28,110 bases of DNA. It comes from a virus. Positions 16,988 through 26,071 of the stretch are shown here, piece after piece. The DNA lies in the UHGV virus genome UHGV-0095852; one strand, written 5' to 3'. The notes under the pieces are model-generated. The model was given only the letters and a program-made list of their open reading frames with translations, did not search any database and was not told the DNA's origin. The position numbers were made by a program, and so were the translations under genes. Within the stretch, counting starts at the first letter, position 1. Each line of letters opens with the position of its first letter.

Positions 16988-17106
16988 GAGTCACCGCGAA
17001 ATGTTTTCAGTTTGCGGCAGCATAATCAGTATGTGATTTTTGATGATGGATCTTTTCAACTAGAAATATTGGCTGGCCCCTCTCGTAACAAAGTGAGGAA
17101 TAAAAC

Positions 17107-17135
17107 TTGAATATGCACATTGTGCGTATTAAGAT
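17107..17135 (+). promoter_or_regulatory. candidate sigma-70 promoter, -35 TTGAAT and -10 TAAGAT with 17-bp spacer
   Basis: Read directly; located about 35 bp upstream of the GGAG RBS of the 17171 gene. Confidence 0.3.
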
Positions 17136-17170
17136 TGAAAAAGTTGACCACTTTGCTGCGGAGAAATCCC

Positions 17171-17473
17171 ATGAAAAGCTCTTTAATTAATTCCAAATTA
17201 CACCAACTTGCTATCAAAAATCGAGTTCCTGCATGGTCGGTTTACATGCATATCAGCCGCGCATGTCTGAGCAATGAAAACATTTACAATCTGCAAATTC
17301 TAGGCCGGGAAGGAAGGACTTTGTTTAGCGTTGCAGAGGATTCCTATAAGGCCTGGGATATGCTGGATGACGCGTTAAGCCAATACGCGCAAACAGAAGA
17401 ATGCCAAAAAGAATGGGCCAGGTACTGTGATGAAGGGATGCCATGCTGCGGTCTGTTCGGCGCAGCTCTGTGA
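17171..17473 (+). CDS. hypothetical Cys-rich protein, about 100 aa
   Basis: ATG at 17171 with GGAG 8 nt upstream (the ORF track start at 17120 is a TTG without RBS); seven Cys, four of them in the last 25 residues. Confidence 0.5.
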   Translation: MKSSLINSKLHQLAIKNRVPAWSVYMHISRACLSNENIYNLQILGREGRTLFSVAEDSYKAWDMLDDALSQYAQTEECQKEWARYCDEGMPCCGLFGAAL

Positions 17474-17485
17474 ATCGATTCAACG

Positions 17486-17749
17486 ATGATATACTTCGTT
17501 GCGAATCACAGCATTGGCAAAGGGCATAATGTGAAACAACTCCCACCAAACACCCCGGAAACTATAATTGAAATCCGCCAGCGAATGGGGCTAACGCAAA
17601 CGGAGTTGGCCCACAAAATGGGGTATCAACTCCGGGCTTGGCAATTCAAAGAAGATAGAAATAAACCGAGACGCCTTATGGCTGGTGAATTTGAGTACCT
17701 GTTATTGCTTGCTGGAGAGCATCCTGAATTTATTCTTACACCACGCTAA
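17486..17749 (+). CDS. XRE-family helix-turn-helix DNA-binding protein; likely start at GTG 17531
   Basis: HTH signature IRQRMGLTQTELAHKMGY; AAGGG RBS 6 nt before the GTG at 17531. Confidence 0.6.
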   Translation: MIYFVANHSIGKGHNVKQLPPNTPETIIEIRQRMGLTQTELAHKMGYQLRAWQFKEDRNKPRRLMAGEFEYLLLLAGEHPEFILTPR

Positions 17750-17771
17750 AAAAACCCGCCTGACGGCGGGA
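17749..17771 (-). terminator. rho-independent terminator of the darA-type operon (stem CCCGCC/GGCGGG, then T7)
   Basis: Hairpin 17756-17771 with seven T on the minus-strand reading. Confidence 0.65.
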
Positions 17772-17783
17772 TTATCAATCATA

Positions 17784-18077
17784 TCAATTCACATCAATGT
17801 CTTGATATGATTCGCCAGTATCGTCTTCGTCGTCAGGATCTCCTTCCACCTCTGGCCACTCAACCTCCCAGCCAACAGTTTCCAGGCTCCGCAGAACAAA
17901 CACCCCATCGGCATGAATGGTATTCACGATCCCCATTGCGGAATTTGTGTTGATAAAGCGTATATCTTGCGCAATATTTTCTTCCGAAATATCGCCTTCA
18001 AATATACGCAATGTGCCGTCATCAGAGCATTCAACAATCCCTCTAATCCCAGCGGGACTCACAATGCTATACTTCAT
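17784..18077 (-). CDS. hypothetical acidic protein, 97 aa, last gene of the operon
   Basis: ATG with AAGGAG RBS at 7 nt; highly acidic C-terminus. Confidence 0.55.
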   Translation of the reverse strand: MKYSIVSPAGIRGIVECSDDGTLRIFEGDISEENIAQDIRFINTNSAMGIVNTIHADGVFVLRSLETVGWEVEWPEVEGDPDDEDDTGESYQDIDVN

Positions 18078-21000
18078 TTTGCAACTCCTTCATACATCCC
18101 AAGAAAAATTCCAGCACGCCGTCATTGTTTAATACAGAGTTAGTCGCCTGCTCCGGATCGGCATACATCTGCAAGGCCATAGAAAAAATCTCAGTCGCCC
18201 TGCAATTGCTTAATGCAGGTGGCTTTGATATAAATCTGCCGCTGACAGAACTTACCGTATTTTCCATATAAATTTTAGACATATATCCATGACTTAGGTC
18301 GGTTCGCACCAAATACTCAGCACTGCCACGGCTACCAATATTATGATAAGAAACTTTACCGTTAGTTTTTGATTTAATGAAGGCTTTGGCCCTCTCCAAT
18401 AGATGGGGATTTGAATGTTCTATATGGTGACCTATTTCATGCCATAATACACGCTCGTGATCACTATTAGCATCAATTGTTATATTCCCATTTCGACTTG
18501 CAAAAGCACGAACATTGTTCTCGTGGTTAATATTTTTTAATGTAGATAAAGTCCCTCCTGAAATAATATAGGCTTTTTCAATCGTCTCGCGAATACTGTA
18601 TGCTTTACGGGAGAAAGTTTCATTATCGTGACCACTTAACTGCTCTGCTTCATCAGAAATAGCAATCCCACGACTCCATTCCTTAGACTGGTCATGTGAC
18701 ACATTTGACGATTCAAGAATCATGTCAAATGCGGCTCTGACTTTTTTATGTACTACATTTTCAAGCGCATTAGGATAGGCTTTTTGTCCACGTGTTAATG
18801 AAGCTATTTCATATAGTTCTGCTTGCAAGTCTTCCGGTATGTCCAGATTAAAAACAAGCATTTTTTTCAGATCATATCCAATCCCATGATCATTCTGGTG
18901 CAAAACCTCAGCAAGGTAGTCAGTGAGTTTTTCCTTATTTGACCTAACGTTATTGATTTGTTCTATAGTAAAGTCAACACGCTCCTTGATTCCGTAATAT
19001 GAGGAATGCTCTGCTAATTCCACTATCTCCTTAAGCCTGACAAGTGTCTCAATATACGCATCAGCGATCTCCTCTGCCGTTAGTTCAGAGCTAACTCCGA
19101 CACTGGCTGTTATTTTCCTACCAGCCGCCATAATATCGTCGATATTATGCAAGCTCTTTTTGAATAACTTCAAAGTATTTTGGATTATGCGCACCATCTC
19201 TTCTGCGCTTCCAGCTTTATTCATTTCCTTTCTAAATCTTAAAGCTGTTTTCTCTGCAATAGACGCTGGAGATTTTAAATAGTTACCTAACCAAACAAGA
19301 CAACCATTGCGCAATTCATCAATGCTAAAGTCATCAGGAATATGTTTTGCTGCATTATGTAAAACACGTATAAATTGTTCAGCGGGCACGCCTTCTTCTG
19401 ATATGTTGCAAAACGTTTCAATATCACAATCAATATTTCTTTCATCTGCGAGCGAAGGAGCTTCATCTCCTTTTTCAATCGCGTCACGCAGTGCGTTAGC
19501 ATAAAAATTGCTGCGTTGATAAGACAATAACATCGTTGTTAACACAGCGTCGCTGTATCCATAACGTTTAGCCCACTCCTTAATCTCATTAACGGTGACA
19601 TTGCGAATATAAAAACCAAGTTCCAAAAATACATTGCGCTTTATTTTTTTTGCGGACTCCTTAATTTTTTCTGACACCTTCACGATTCGGATCAAGTCCT
19701 CCACGCTGGTCGCATCAGCAATTAGCTTTGAAATGTATGGTTCGACATCTCCTGAAACCGATTCAAACATGGCGAAATTAAGCCCTTTACCTTCGCCATA
19801 CTCAGCCTCAATTTCATCAGAAACGGCAGATAAAATGCTACGCAGATCGACATCTCCGCCGCCGAACATATCGCCTAACGCTTGTTGCTGGTGAATAAGT
19901 TCATCGTTAATTTTTTGCGCCAGTTTCTTGAAAGCTGCCCCCATTCGCTTAGCGCTTCGGTTGTTGGCAACAATAAACAGAGCAAGCGCTTCTGCTTCCG
20001 GAGTGCTATCTCCAAACAATCCACGCTGTGCGATCACCTCTTCTACTGCCTGACCGTTATCTTTTGCTTCACGAACAAGGTTAATTGCTTCCTGTAGCGC
20101 GGCAATAGCCTGTTTATCCAGACTATTCAATTGCTCTATACCGTCTACCAGTCCGGTTACCGTGTCATGGTGAACATCACCTGAAAGCGACTGCATTTGC
20201 GCAAAATCGCTGGCTGCCGTATTTAATGCGGTAAGGATGTTACGCATTTCCGGATCTGGCTCTTCCGCCACCAGCCGAACAAGCCTTTCATCCTTGTACG
20301 CTTTGGCAAAAATTGCATTCTGGATGCGGTCGATAAGTTGTTTCGTTGGACGCCCATCGGCAGTAAGCAAACCTGCCGTCGCCGTATCACCTATTTCGCG
20401 CAAAAACGCACGAATAAACGCATCATTGGACCGCGCCAGTAGATTTCCATCATCTGAAGGATTAAATAGCGCCATGACGCTCTCAGTGAGAAATTGCGCA
20501 TCCGCATACGCTTTTTCACTTGCAGCCATCTCTTGCAGATCGCTGATGTTTGAATCGCGGGCAAATTGTGCGCGGTCTACATCTGTGAGTCTTTCTCGCA
20601 CCAGTACGGGCATAGACATTTGTGAAATGTCGTCAGGATTCAGACCAAACTCTTTTGCATGATCGATCAGGTACTGGCGATATTCATCCGCCTGCCCTTG
20701 CTCATAGGCACGCCAGATACCCATGCTCCTTCCGTTGCCGGATTCAACAACGTTGTCCGGACCAACTATCGGCGCTCCGTGGCTGCTCATGCCGGAATCC
20801 GTTAATTGTGCCGGGCGTAAATTGGAGGCAATACGGTTAACCTGGAGTTTGCTGGATAGCCGTGTACGGTCACGTGGCTGGAGTTCTTCCGGGAAGGCCG
20901 GATTAATCGTACCGTCAAGGTTGTTCGAAATGATCAGACTGCTGGCATCAACGACCTTAAAAGCCGTCTTTACCTCTGCCCCTTTACTGGTGACTACGTA

Positions 21001-21108
21001 ACTACTGCGCCCCTGGCGTGTTTCTCGCCTCTCTAATGAAGAAACCAGCTCAATAACACTGTTAATGTCTGCTGCTTCGGATAGCGCGGAAGTAACTGAC
21101 TTGTTCAA
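18067..21108 (-). CDS. DdrB-like large internal head protein (by synteny) with a C-terminal HExxH motif
   Basis: 1013-aa ORF, TTG start with AAGGGGAG RBS; HEIGH encoded at 18427-18441. Confidence 0.75.
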   Translation of the reverse strand: MNKSVTSALSEAADINSVIELVSSLERRETRQGRSSYVVTSKGAEVKTAFKVVDASSLIISNNLDGTINPAFPEELQPRDRTRLSSKLQVNRIASNLRPAQLTDSGMSSHGAPIVGPDNVVESGNGRSMGIWRAYEQGQADEYRQYLIDHAKEFGLNPDDISQMSMPVLVRERLTDVDRAQFARDSNISDLQEMAASEKAYADAQFLTESVMALFNPSDDGNLLARSNDAFIRAFLREIGDTATAGLLTADGRPTKQLIDRIQNAIFAKAYKDERLVRLVAEEPDPEMRNILTALNTAASDFAQMQSLSGDVHHDTVTGLVDGIEQLNSLDKQAIAALQEAINLVREAKDNGQAVEEVIAQRGLFGDSTPEAEALALFIVANNRSAKRMGAAFKKLAQKINDELIHQQQALGDMFGGGDVDLRSILSAVSDEIEAEYGEGKGLNFAMFESVSGDVEPYISKLIADATSVEDLIRIVKVSEKIKESAKKIKRNVFLELGFYIRNVTVNEIKEWAKRYGYSDAVLTTMLLSYQRSNFYANALRDAIEKGDEAPSLADERNIDCDIETFCNISEEGVPAEQFIRVLHNAAKHIPDDFSIDELRNGCLVWLGNYLKSPASIAEKTALRFRKEMNKAGSAEEMVRIIQNTLKLFKKSLHNIDDIMAAGRKITASVGVSSELTAEEIADAYIETLVRLKEIVELAEHSSYYGIKERVDFTIEQINNVRSNKEKLTDYLAEVLHQNDHGIGYDLKKMLVFNLDIPEDLQAELYEIASLTRGQKAYPNALENVVHKKVRAAFDMILESSNVSHDQSKEWSRGIAISDEAEQLSGHDNETFSRKAYSIRETIEKAYIISGGTLSTLKNINHENNVRAFASRNGNITIDANSDHERVLWHEIGHHIEHSNPHLLERAKAFIKSKTNGKVSYHNIGSRGSAEYLVRTDLSHGYMSKIYMENTVSSVSGRFISKPPALSNCRATEIFSMALQMYADPEQATNSVLNNDGVLEFFLGCMKELQNEV

Positions 21109-21177
21109 AATACACTCCCCTTACATAGAAAGCAGGAAGTGTAAAAAGTGTGTGATTTATGGACTTACAGGAAAGTG

Positions 21178-21199
21178 AAAGGGGCATTTCAGCCCCTTT
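21178..21199 (-). terminator. stem-loop (AAAGGGGC / GCCCCTTT) between the DdrA-like and DdrB-like genes, possible attenuator
   Basis: 8-bp stem read directly, followed by a U-rich stretch on the minus-strand reading. Confidence 0.3.
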
Positions 21200-21201
21200 G
21201 A

Positions 21202-21570
21202 TTAGCCTGCATAACCGTTGGCTTTCACCCAGCTTATGGTCTGCTCTTTAGCCTGTTCCAACGTAAGGAACTCGCCTACATAGTTTGAGATCCCACGTAG
21301 CGCATCAATAAATTCCATTTGCGTGGACTTTGTGAATGCACCTCCAAGGAAGTCTGTCACTATCTTAGGAATGTCACCTGCAACAGTATCTGGCTGCGCC
21401 TGCGGATCCGATACTGATTGGGCCGCAGCCCCAAGCCCCAGTTTTAGCATCACATCAACAATCTGCTTACCAATGGCGACGCGTTGTAATACTGGCGCGG
21501 TTTTCTGCGCCTGCATTAAATCTGATAGCTCTTTACCCAATTTCAGACGGTCTAAAACAGAGATAGTCAT
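21202..21570 (-). CDS. DdrA-like small protein (by synteny), 122 aa
   Basis: Start overlaps the stop of the DarA-like gene (TAATG). Confidence 0.55.
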   Translation of the reverse strand: MTISVLDRLKLGKELSDLMQAQKTAPVLQRVAIGKQIVDVMLKLGLGAAAQSVSDPQAQPDTVAGDIPKIVTDFLGGAFTKSTQMEFIDALRGISNYVGEFLTLEQAKEQTISWVKANGYAG

Positions 21571-23507
21571 TAAGCACCTCCCTGCTGAATTTCAGCCAGA
21601 ATGTTGATCAGGTAGTCAACTGCTGCGCCAACCGTTGATTCGTTCTCGTCGTATCGACCAGCACTGATAAGAGCGTTTGCAGCTTCCTGCACATGGTCAA
21701 GTTCGGCACTGATTACCGTCAGATCGCGAGATGTAAACTGCACCGGGACGGATTTAAGGTACTCCAACGCTTTATCTGCTTCCTGATCAGCTTCAGTTGC
21801 CGCTTCTTCAGCGTCTTCCGGCGTTGGCTGTTGCTCTGGTGCTGTTTGTGGGTGTGATTCTGGCTCAACTACAGGTGCTAATTCAGGCTCTGGCGTTACT
21901 TCGTTTGAATGATTTTGAAGGGCGTTATATACGTCCATAATGAAAAGGTTCTCCCCATCACCAAGTGGATACGCCACGTTTGGAAACGCTTTGCGGAAAA
22001 GAATTTTCACTTGCGCCTTGAATGTTTTCAGGTCACTGCCAAACAGGTCTACATAGCCATCAATATGTTTCGACATGCTGGACACAACCAATTGGCCTGC
22101 AAAATCTTTCAGCTCATCTTCATCAGGAAGATAGAGCAACTCGTACTGGCTGACTTCTTCATCTGTCAGTTTACGGTCATACGTAATGATACCGTGACGA
22201 GCATATTCGTAATACTGATCAGCCTGGTCAGGACGATCAAGCACGGCTTTATTTCCATCCGGCACAGCACCAACACCAGCCGGGCGAGATTGAAGTGCAT
22301 AGTGGTATTTACCTACATCCTGGCTCTCTGGTTGTGATACTGGGTTCGTCTCGGGGTCTGTCTGTGGTGGTTCGGGGTCTTCCTGCTGGCCTGGTAACAC
22401 ATCAACTTTATATTTATCTGCGTTATGCTCTCGGTAGGCTTTAAGTAATTTGGTTGCAGCATCTGCCAAACTGCCTCCTTTGACAGCACTGGCATCAATA
22501 CTGAATTTACCTTCAGGTGCTACTATCGTAACGAAATTGTCACTGCCGGACGTGACATAATTAACTTCAGCGCCATTATCCAGCACTGTTTTTCCGTCAA
22601 TGGCAAGATTATGTTTTACATGTCGCAGCTGGTCGCTAAACGCTCGTTCTTTCGTTTTTTCACCTTTAGCAGACAACAATTTATCGCGTTTTGCTTGTAA
22701 TTCCTCGTTGATGGCTTTCTGGGCATCAAGTTTTTTTTGCATCTCCGTAAGAGCAGCACGCTTTTCAGTCAGCCCACGTTGCGCAACTTCCACCTGATCA
22801 ATCATTATTGACCGTTCTTCTGCCAGTTTATCTGCTTCATTGAGATAACTCTCAATATCTGCCTTCATTTTGTCCTGGCGCTCTTTTGCTTTCTTAAATT
22901 TTTCGCTGTTACGCTCAATCAAATTAGATAGCGCCTGGCATACCTGGCTTAAAGAAACATCTCTCCCACCAATCGGGGCGACAACGTGAGTTACGTTACG
23001 CTTATTAAGTAAAAACTGAAATGCAACAAGCTCGTCGTTACTCTTTATTTTTGCCCCGTCAGCTGTTGGAGAGTGGAAAATTATGCTTGTACTCTGCCCG
23101 TCAGTAAGCGGTATCTGCGCGGTCAAAACAGGGATATTAGCTACCCGACGTACACGACCGATAATCGCACCACCAATACAATTACGTCCATTTTCATCGG
23201 TCCCAGCTTCATCAGTCCCTGCCATAATATTCGTACCATTCAGGCCACGATTCAGCGCACGGACGAAAGCTCGCATTGTTTGAGCTAACCGAATTCTGGT
23301 TGTAGTTATGGACTCAAACATAGCTTCGTCAGACACAACCAGAATTTCATTGCCCATATAGGCAAGCTCAATATCTTCTAAGGTCGCCGCCTCAAAAATC
23401 AGGTCATCTTCGCTTAATTCTTCTGAAGACCAGCGACTTGGCATATAGCCGGGGATCGTATCAGCAAAAGTAGACTGAATATTAATTCGTAAAGGATTGT
23501 TAATCAT
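21570..23507 (-). CDS. darA: DarA-like internal head / antirestriction protein
   Basis: About 645 aa with a central coiled coil; start reassigned to ATG 23507 (GGAGG 6 nt upstream, overlaps upstream stop); size and position match the P1 darA operon as recalled. Confidence 0.75.
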   Translation of the reverse strand: MINNPLRINIQSTFADTIPGYMPSRWSSEELSEDDLIFEAATLEDIELAYMGNEILVVSDEAMFESITTTRIRLAQTMRAFVRALNRGLNGTNIMAGTDEAGTDENGRNCIGGAIIGRVRRVANIPVLTAQIPLTDGQSTSIIFHSPTADGAKIKSNDELVAFQFLLNKRNVTHVVAPIGGRDVSLSQVCQALSNLIERNSEKFKKAKERQDKMKADIESYLNEADKLAEERSIMIDQVEVAQRGLTEKRAALTEMQKKLDAQKAINEELQAKRDKLLSAKGEKTKERAFSDQLRHVKHNLAIDGKTVLDNGAEVNYVTSGSDNFVTIVAPEGKFSIDASAVKGGSLADAATKLLKAYREHNADKYKVDVLPGQQEDPEPPQTDPETNPVSQPESQDVGKYHYALQSRPAGVGAVPDGNKAVLDRPDQADQYYEYARHGIITYDRKLTDEEVSQYELLYLPDEDELKDFAGQLVVSSMSKHIDGYVDLFGSDLKTFKAQVKILFRKAFPNVAYPLGDGENLFIMDVYNALQNHSNEVTPEPELAPVVEPESHPQTAPEQQPTPEDAEEAATEADQEADKALEYLKSVPVQFTSRDLTVISAELDHVQEAANALISAGRYDENESTVGAAVDYLINILAEIQQGGA

Positions 23508-24120
23508 GCTCATCCTCCAGGCGCGCGATTTCTTCTTTAAGAGCACGTGTCTTAGCTACTTCCTGAGACAAGGCAGCTTTAACATTACCCGTATCTTGCA
23601 TTACTTTGTCTGACTTGCTCTGGAGTTTAGACAGTTTGTCGTTAGCATTAGCGATATCTTCACGGAGTGCATCACGTGATTCTTTCGCTTCAGCTAATTT
23701 CTGAGCGTTAGATTTAACTCCCTGCCGCTTCTTATTTCCGTCATCAATATTTTTTGCTGCACGAGCAAGTTTTCGAGCTAATGACTTCTGGAAAGAAGTT
23801 GCTCCACGATTAAATAAAGCCGCAAGAGATTGCCCCAAAGCCGACATTGTTTTTACTGGCTTGAACGGTACTGTTTTACCATTCAGTTTGATCCCAGATA
23901 TATCACCGGTATCGTTAACCTGAACTTCCATTGTCTGTTCATCAATACCAATAAGGGTAAACGTGCGCGTCATGATCCCATCTTTCTTCCTGCCATTACT
24001 TGCAGGGATCACCCTCGCTATCTTGTAACCACCTTTGCTGATTTCTTTGACGAGTTTTGACAGCCCCTTTTCGTTTAACTCATCATAATTAAGAAGAACA
24101 TAATTATTCTTATTTGACAT
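23500..24120 (-). CDS. Hdf-like protein (by synteny, upstream of the DarA-like gene)
   Basis: Start reassigned to ATG 24120 (AAGGAG at 6 nt); coiled-coil C-terminal half. Confidence 0.55.
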   Translation of the reverse strand: MSNKNNYVLLNYDELNEKGLSKLVKEISKGGYKIARVIPASNGRKKDGIMTRTFTLIGIDEQTMEVQVNDTGDISGIKLNGKTVPFKPVKTMSALGQSLAALFNRGATSFQKSLARKLARAAKNIDDGNKKRQGVKSNAQKLAEAKESRDALREDIANANDKLSKLQSKSDKVMQDTGNVKAALSQEVAKTRALKEEIARLEDEHD

Positions 24121-24556
24121 CCCAGTCTCCTTCACGCTTTTCGATCGTAAACTGGCGCTCTATGCAGTCATTGATAGGGAAAATGCGATAAAGCGGATTC
24201 AGTCGACAGTTACCGTTAGTCAATGTGACTTTCAGATCCCACTTCGTTGGTTCAAGATATTTCGTATCGATGAGCAAATACTCTTCTCTCTCACCGCGTT
24301 TTGAGGCGTCAACTGGTCGCGTTTTCCCTGAAATAACCACAGATGGATTTTTCAGGTCTTGCAACCAATATTCGATTTGAGCATTGCTGACCCAGCTTCG
24401 CTTAACACGTAGCGAAACAGGAAATGCTATAGCGGATTCTTTCACTACAGCGTCACCAATACTCAAAATCTCAACACTCTTGCGACGAAAAATGAAACGG
24501 TCAATGATGGCAACAAATGCCATGATAAAAATGAAATAATTTCCAAAGTTACCCAT
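24110..24556 (-). CDS. LydB-like protein (by synteny), N-terminal transmembrane segment
   Basis: Hydrophobic N-terminus YFIFIMAFVAII; overlaps the upstream gene stop. Confidence 0.5.
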   Translation of the reverse strand: MGNFGNYFIFIMAFVAIIDRFIFRRKSVEILSIGDAVVKESAIAFPVSLRVKRSWVSNAQIEYWLQDLKNPSVVISGKTRPVDASKRGEREEYLLIDTKYLEPTKWDLKVTLTNGNCRLNPLYRIFPINDCIERQFTIEKREGDWDVK

Positions 24557-24882
24557 TATTTCTCTCCACCTTTTCCCCCATTCGCTATTACGCTTAAGAG
24601 ATTCAAGACGTTACTAGCTCTGGACTTCAAGCCCTGTAAAATTTCACTACCGTTGTTACTGGCAATCAGAACAACGCAGAAAATGATACCTTCAGGCCAT
24701 TCTTGGCTAACCGCCACCCCATACCCCGCAAGCCCGGCTGTTACCGCAGTAAACAATTCACTCGCAAGATTGAGCAGGGACGCAGAAATGCGCCCGTCTC
24801 TAACTCCGAGAAGGAATACGCCGGTTCCACTTAGTAGGGATGTTATGACTACTACAGCCAGATTTTCATAATCTGCAAACAT
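24556..24882 (-). CDS. holin-like small membrane protein (LydA-like, by synteny)
   Basis: 108 aa with several hydrophobic stretches; GGAGG RBS. Confidence 0.5.
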   Translation of the reverse strand: MFADYENLAVVVITSLLSGTGVFLLGVRDGRISASLLNLASELFTAVTAGLAGYGVAVSQEWPEGIIFCVVLIASNNGSEILQGLKSRASNVLNLLSVIANGGKGGEK

Positions 24883-24985
24883 ACCCCTCCAGAAATAACA
24901 TCTAATGCGCCACTAACTTAGTCAGTTTGTTATTTCCTTACAGGACATCTTCTAGAATCGTATCCTTAGCATACAAGGGAGACAT

Positions 24986-25270
24986 ATGCTTATTGGATAC
25001 ATTCGCATTTCAACAAATGACCAAAACACCGCTTTGCAACGCCCCCCTTGAAAGCGCAGGATGTGAGCTAATTTTTGAGGGCAAAGCGAGTGGCAAAAAG
25101 GCTGAACGCCAAGGGTTAAAAAAGGTTCTGCGTATGTTTTCCAGAGATGAAGCCTTGGTCGTATAGCAGTTAGAGCGGCTTGAGGGCAATTTAGTTGTGC
25201 TGCTGTAATCGCTGCGTGCCAGATGAATAAACCTTCTGAATCCCACTAATTCTATCGACATCTGTACACC
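24986..25270 (+). pseudogene. degenerate serine invertase (Hin/Gin/Cin family) remnant
   Basis: Starts MLIGYIRISTNDQNTALQR then shifts frame at a C-run; a second frame continues with CELIFEGK ... VV; W codon replaced by TAG at 25164-25166; later SIDICTPMQR matches SIDTSTPMGR of the intact invertase. Confidence 0.6.
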
Positions 25271-25418
25271 AATGCAGCGCTCACGATGCAATTAAGATCA
25301 ACATTACAGGGATGGTTTTCATTAGTGGTCGGTCCGACACAAGATGCATCGAATTGATGCGCCGCGCGATAAGTGTATCTATTCCCTCGAGATAAACTAC
25401 ATCGACGCGGCATTTGTA

Positions 25419-25991
25419 TTACAACTCAGTTTGAGTTTGGCGCTTCTCTACAGGGTGATAACGATAAATCGTCGATACACCGATATCGTAAATAATTGCC
25501 AACTGTTTCCTGCTGTAGCCATTTTCGATCAACCTCGCTATTTGCTCATGTTGTTCTTTTGTCAACTTCGGGCGACGTCCGCCAATGCGTCCCTGTTCGC
25601 GTGCAGCTGCCAGTCCAGCCAGGGTTCTCTCAACAATTAATTCACGTTCCATTTCTGCTAAAGCCCCCATGACGTGAAAAAAGAAACGCCCCATGGGTGT
25701 TGAGGTGTCAATGCTGTCTGTCAGACTACGGAAATTAACACCTTTTTCCCGCAGCTCCTCAATAAGCGTGATCAGGTGTTTCATACTTCTGCCAAGCCTG
25801 TCCAGCTTCCAGACAACCAGCGTATCTCCTTCTGATAACGTTCTGAGCAGCTTTTTCAATCCTGGTCTGGCTGACTTTGTTCCGCTGATTTTATCTTCAA
25901 AAATTAGTTCACATCCTGCGCAGTTCAGTGCATTTCTTTGTAAATCTGTGTTTTGGTCATTTGTTGACACACGAATGTAGCCAATTTGCAT
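25419..25991 (-). CDS. serine DNA invertase, Hin/Gin/Cin/Pin/Min family
   Basis: MQIGYIRVSTNDQNTDLQRNAL resolvase N-terminal domain with catalytic Ser, C-terminal HTH; start set at ATG 25991 (GAGG 9 nt upstream) rather than 26000. Confidence 0.92.
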   Translation of the reverse strand: MQIGYIRVSTNDQNTDLQRNALNCAGCELIFEDKISGTKSARPGLKKLLRTLSEGDTLVVWKLDRLGRSMKHLITLIEELREKGVNFRSLTDSIDTSTPMGRFFFHVMGALAEMERELIVERTLAGLAAAREQGRIGGRRPKLTKEQHEQIARLIENGYSRKQLAIIYDIGVSTIYRYHPVEKRQTQTEL

Positions 25992-26045
25992 GAAAAACAT
26001 CCTCTTTGTTTAGTTAAAAATACATAGTTGGTATAGGTAGGGATT

Positions 26046-26071
26046 AAGACTAAAACGTTGGTTTGGGGGAA
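26046..26071 (+). other. 26-bp recombination crossover-type site 1 (minus-strand reading TTCCCCCAAACC AA CGTTTTAGTCTT)
   Basis: Half-site ending in AAACC, 2-bp core, degenerate right half; 55 bp from the invertase start. Confidence 0.55.

Noticed and set aside
19287-23288. Antisense or out-of-frame ORFs inside the DdrB-like and DarA-like genes (for example 20237-20662, 20723-21001, 21909-22337, 23083-23288)
   Set aside because: Embedded in long genes of the opposite strand or frame; no start signals; compositionally atypical.
23507-24135. ORF-track starts at 23546 (DarA-like) and 24135 (Hdf-like)
   Set aside because: Both extensions run through the upstream gene and its RBS; ATG 23507 and ATG 24120 are each preceded by GGAGG or AAGGAG at proper spacing.
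25991-26000. Upstream ATG at 26000 as the invertase start
   Set aside because: The GAGG sits directly against that ATG (no spacer); the ATG at 25991 has 9-nt spacing and gives the canonical N-terminus MQIGYIRVST.
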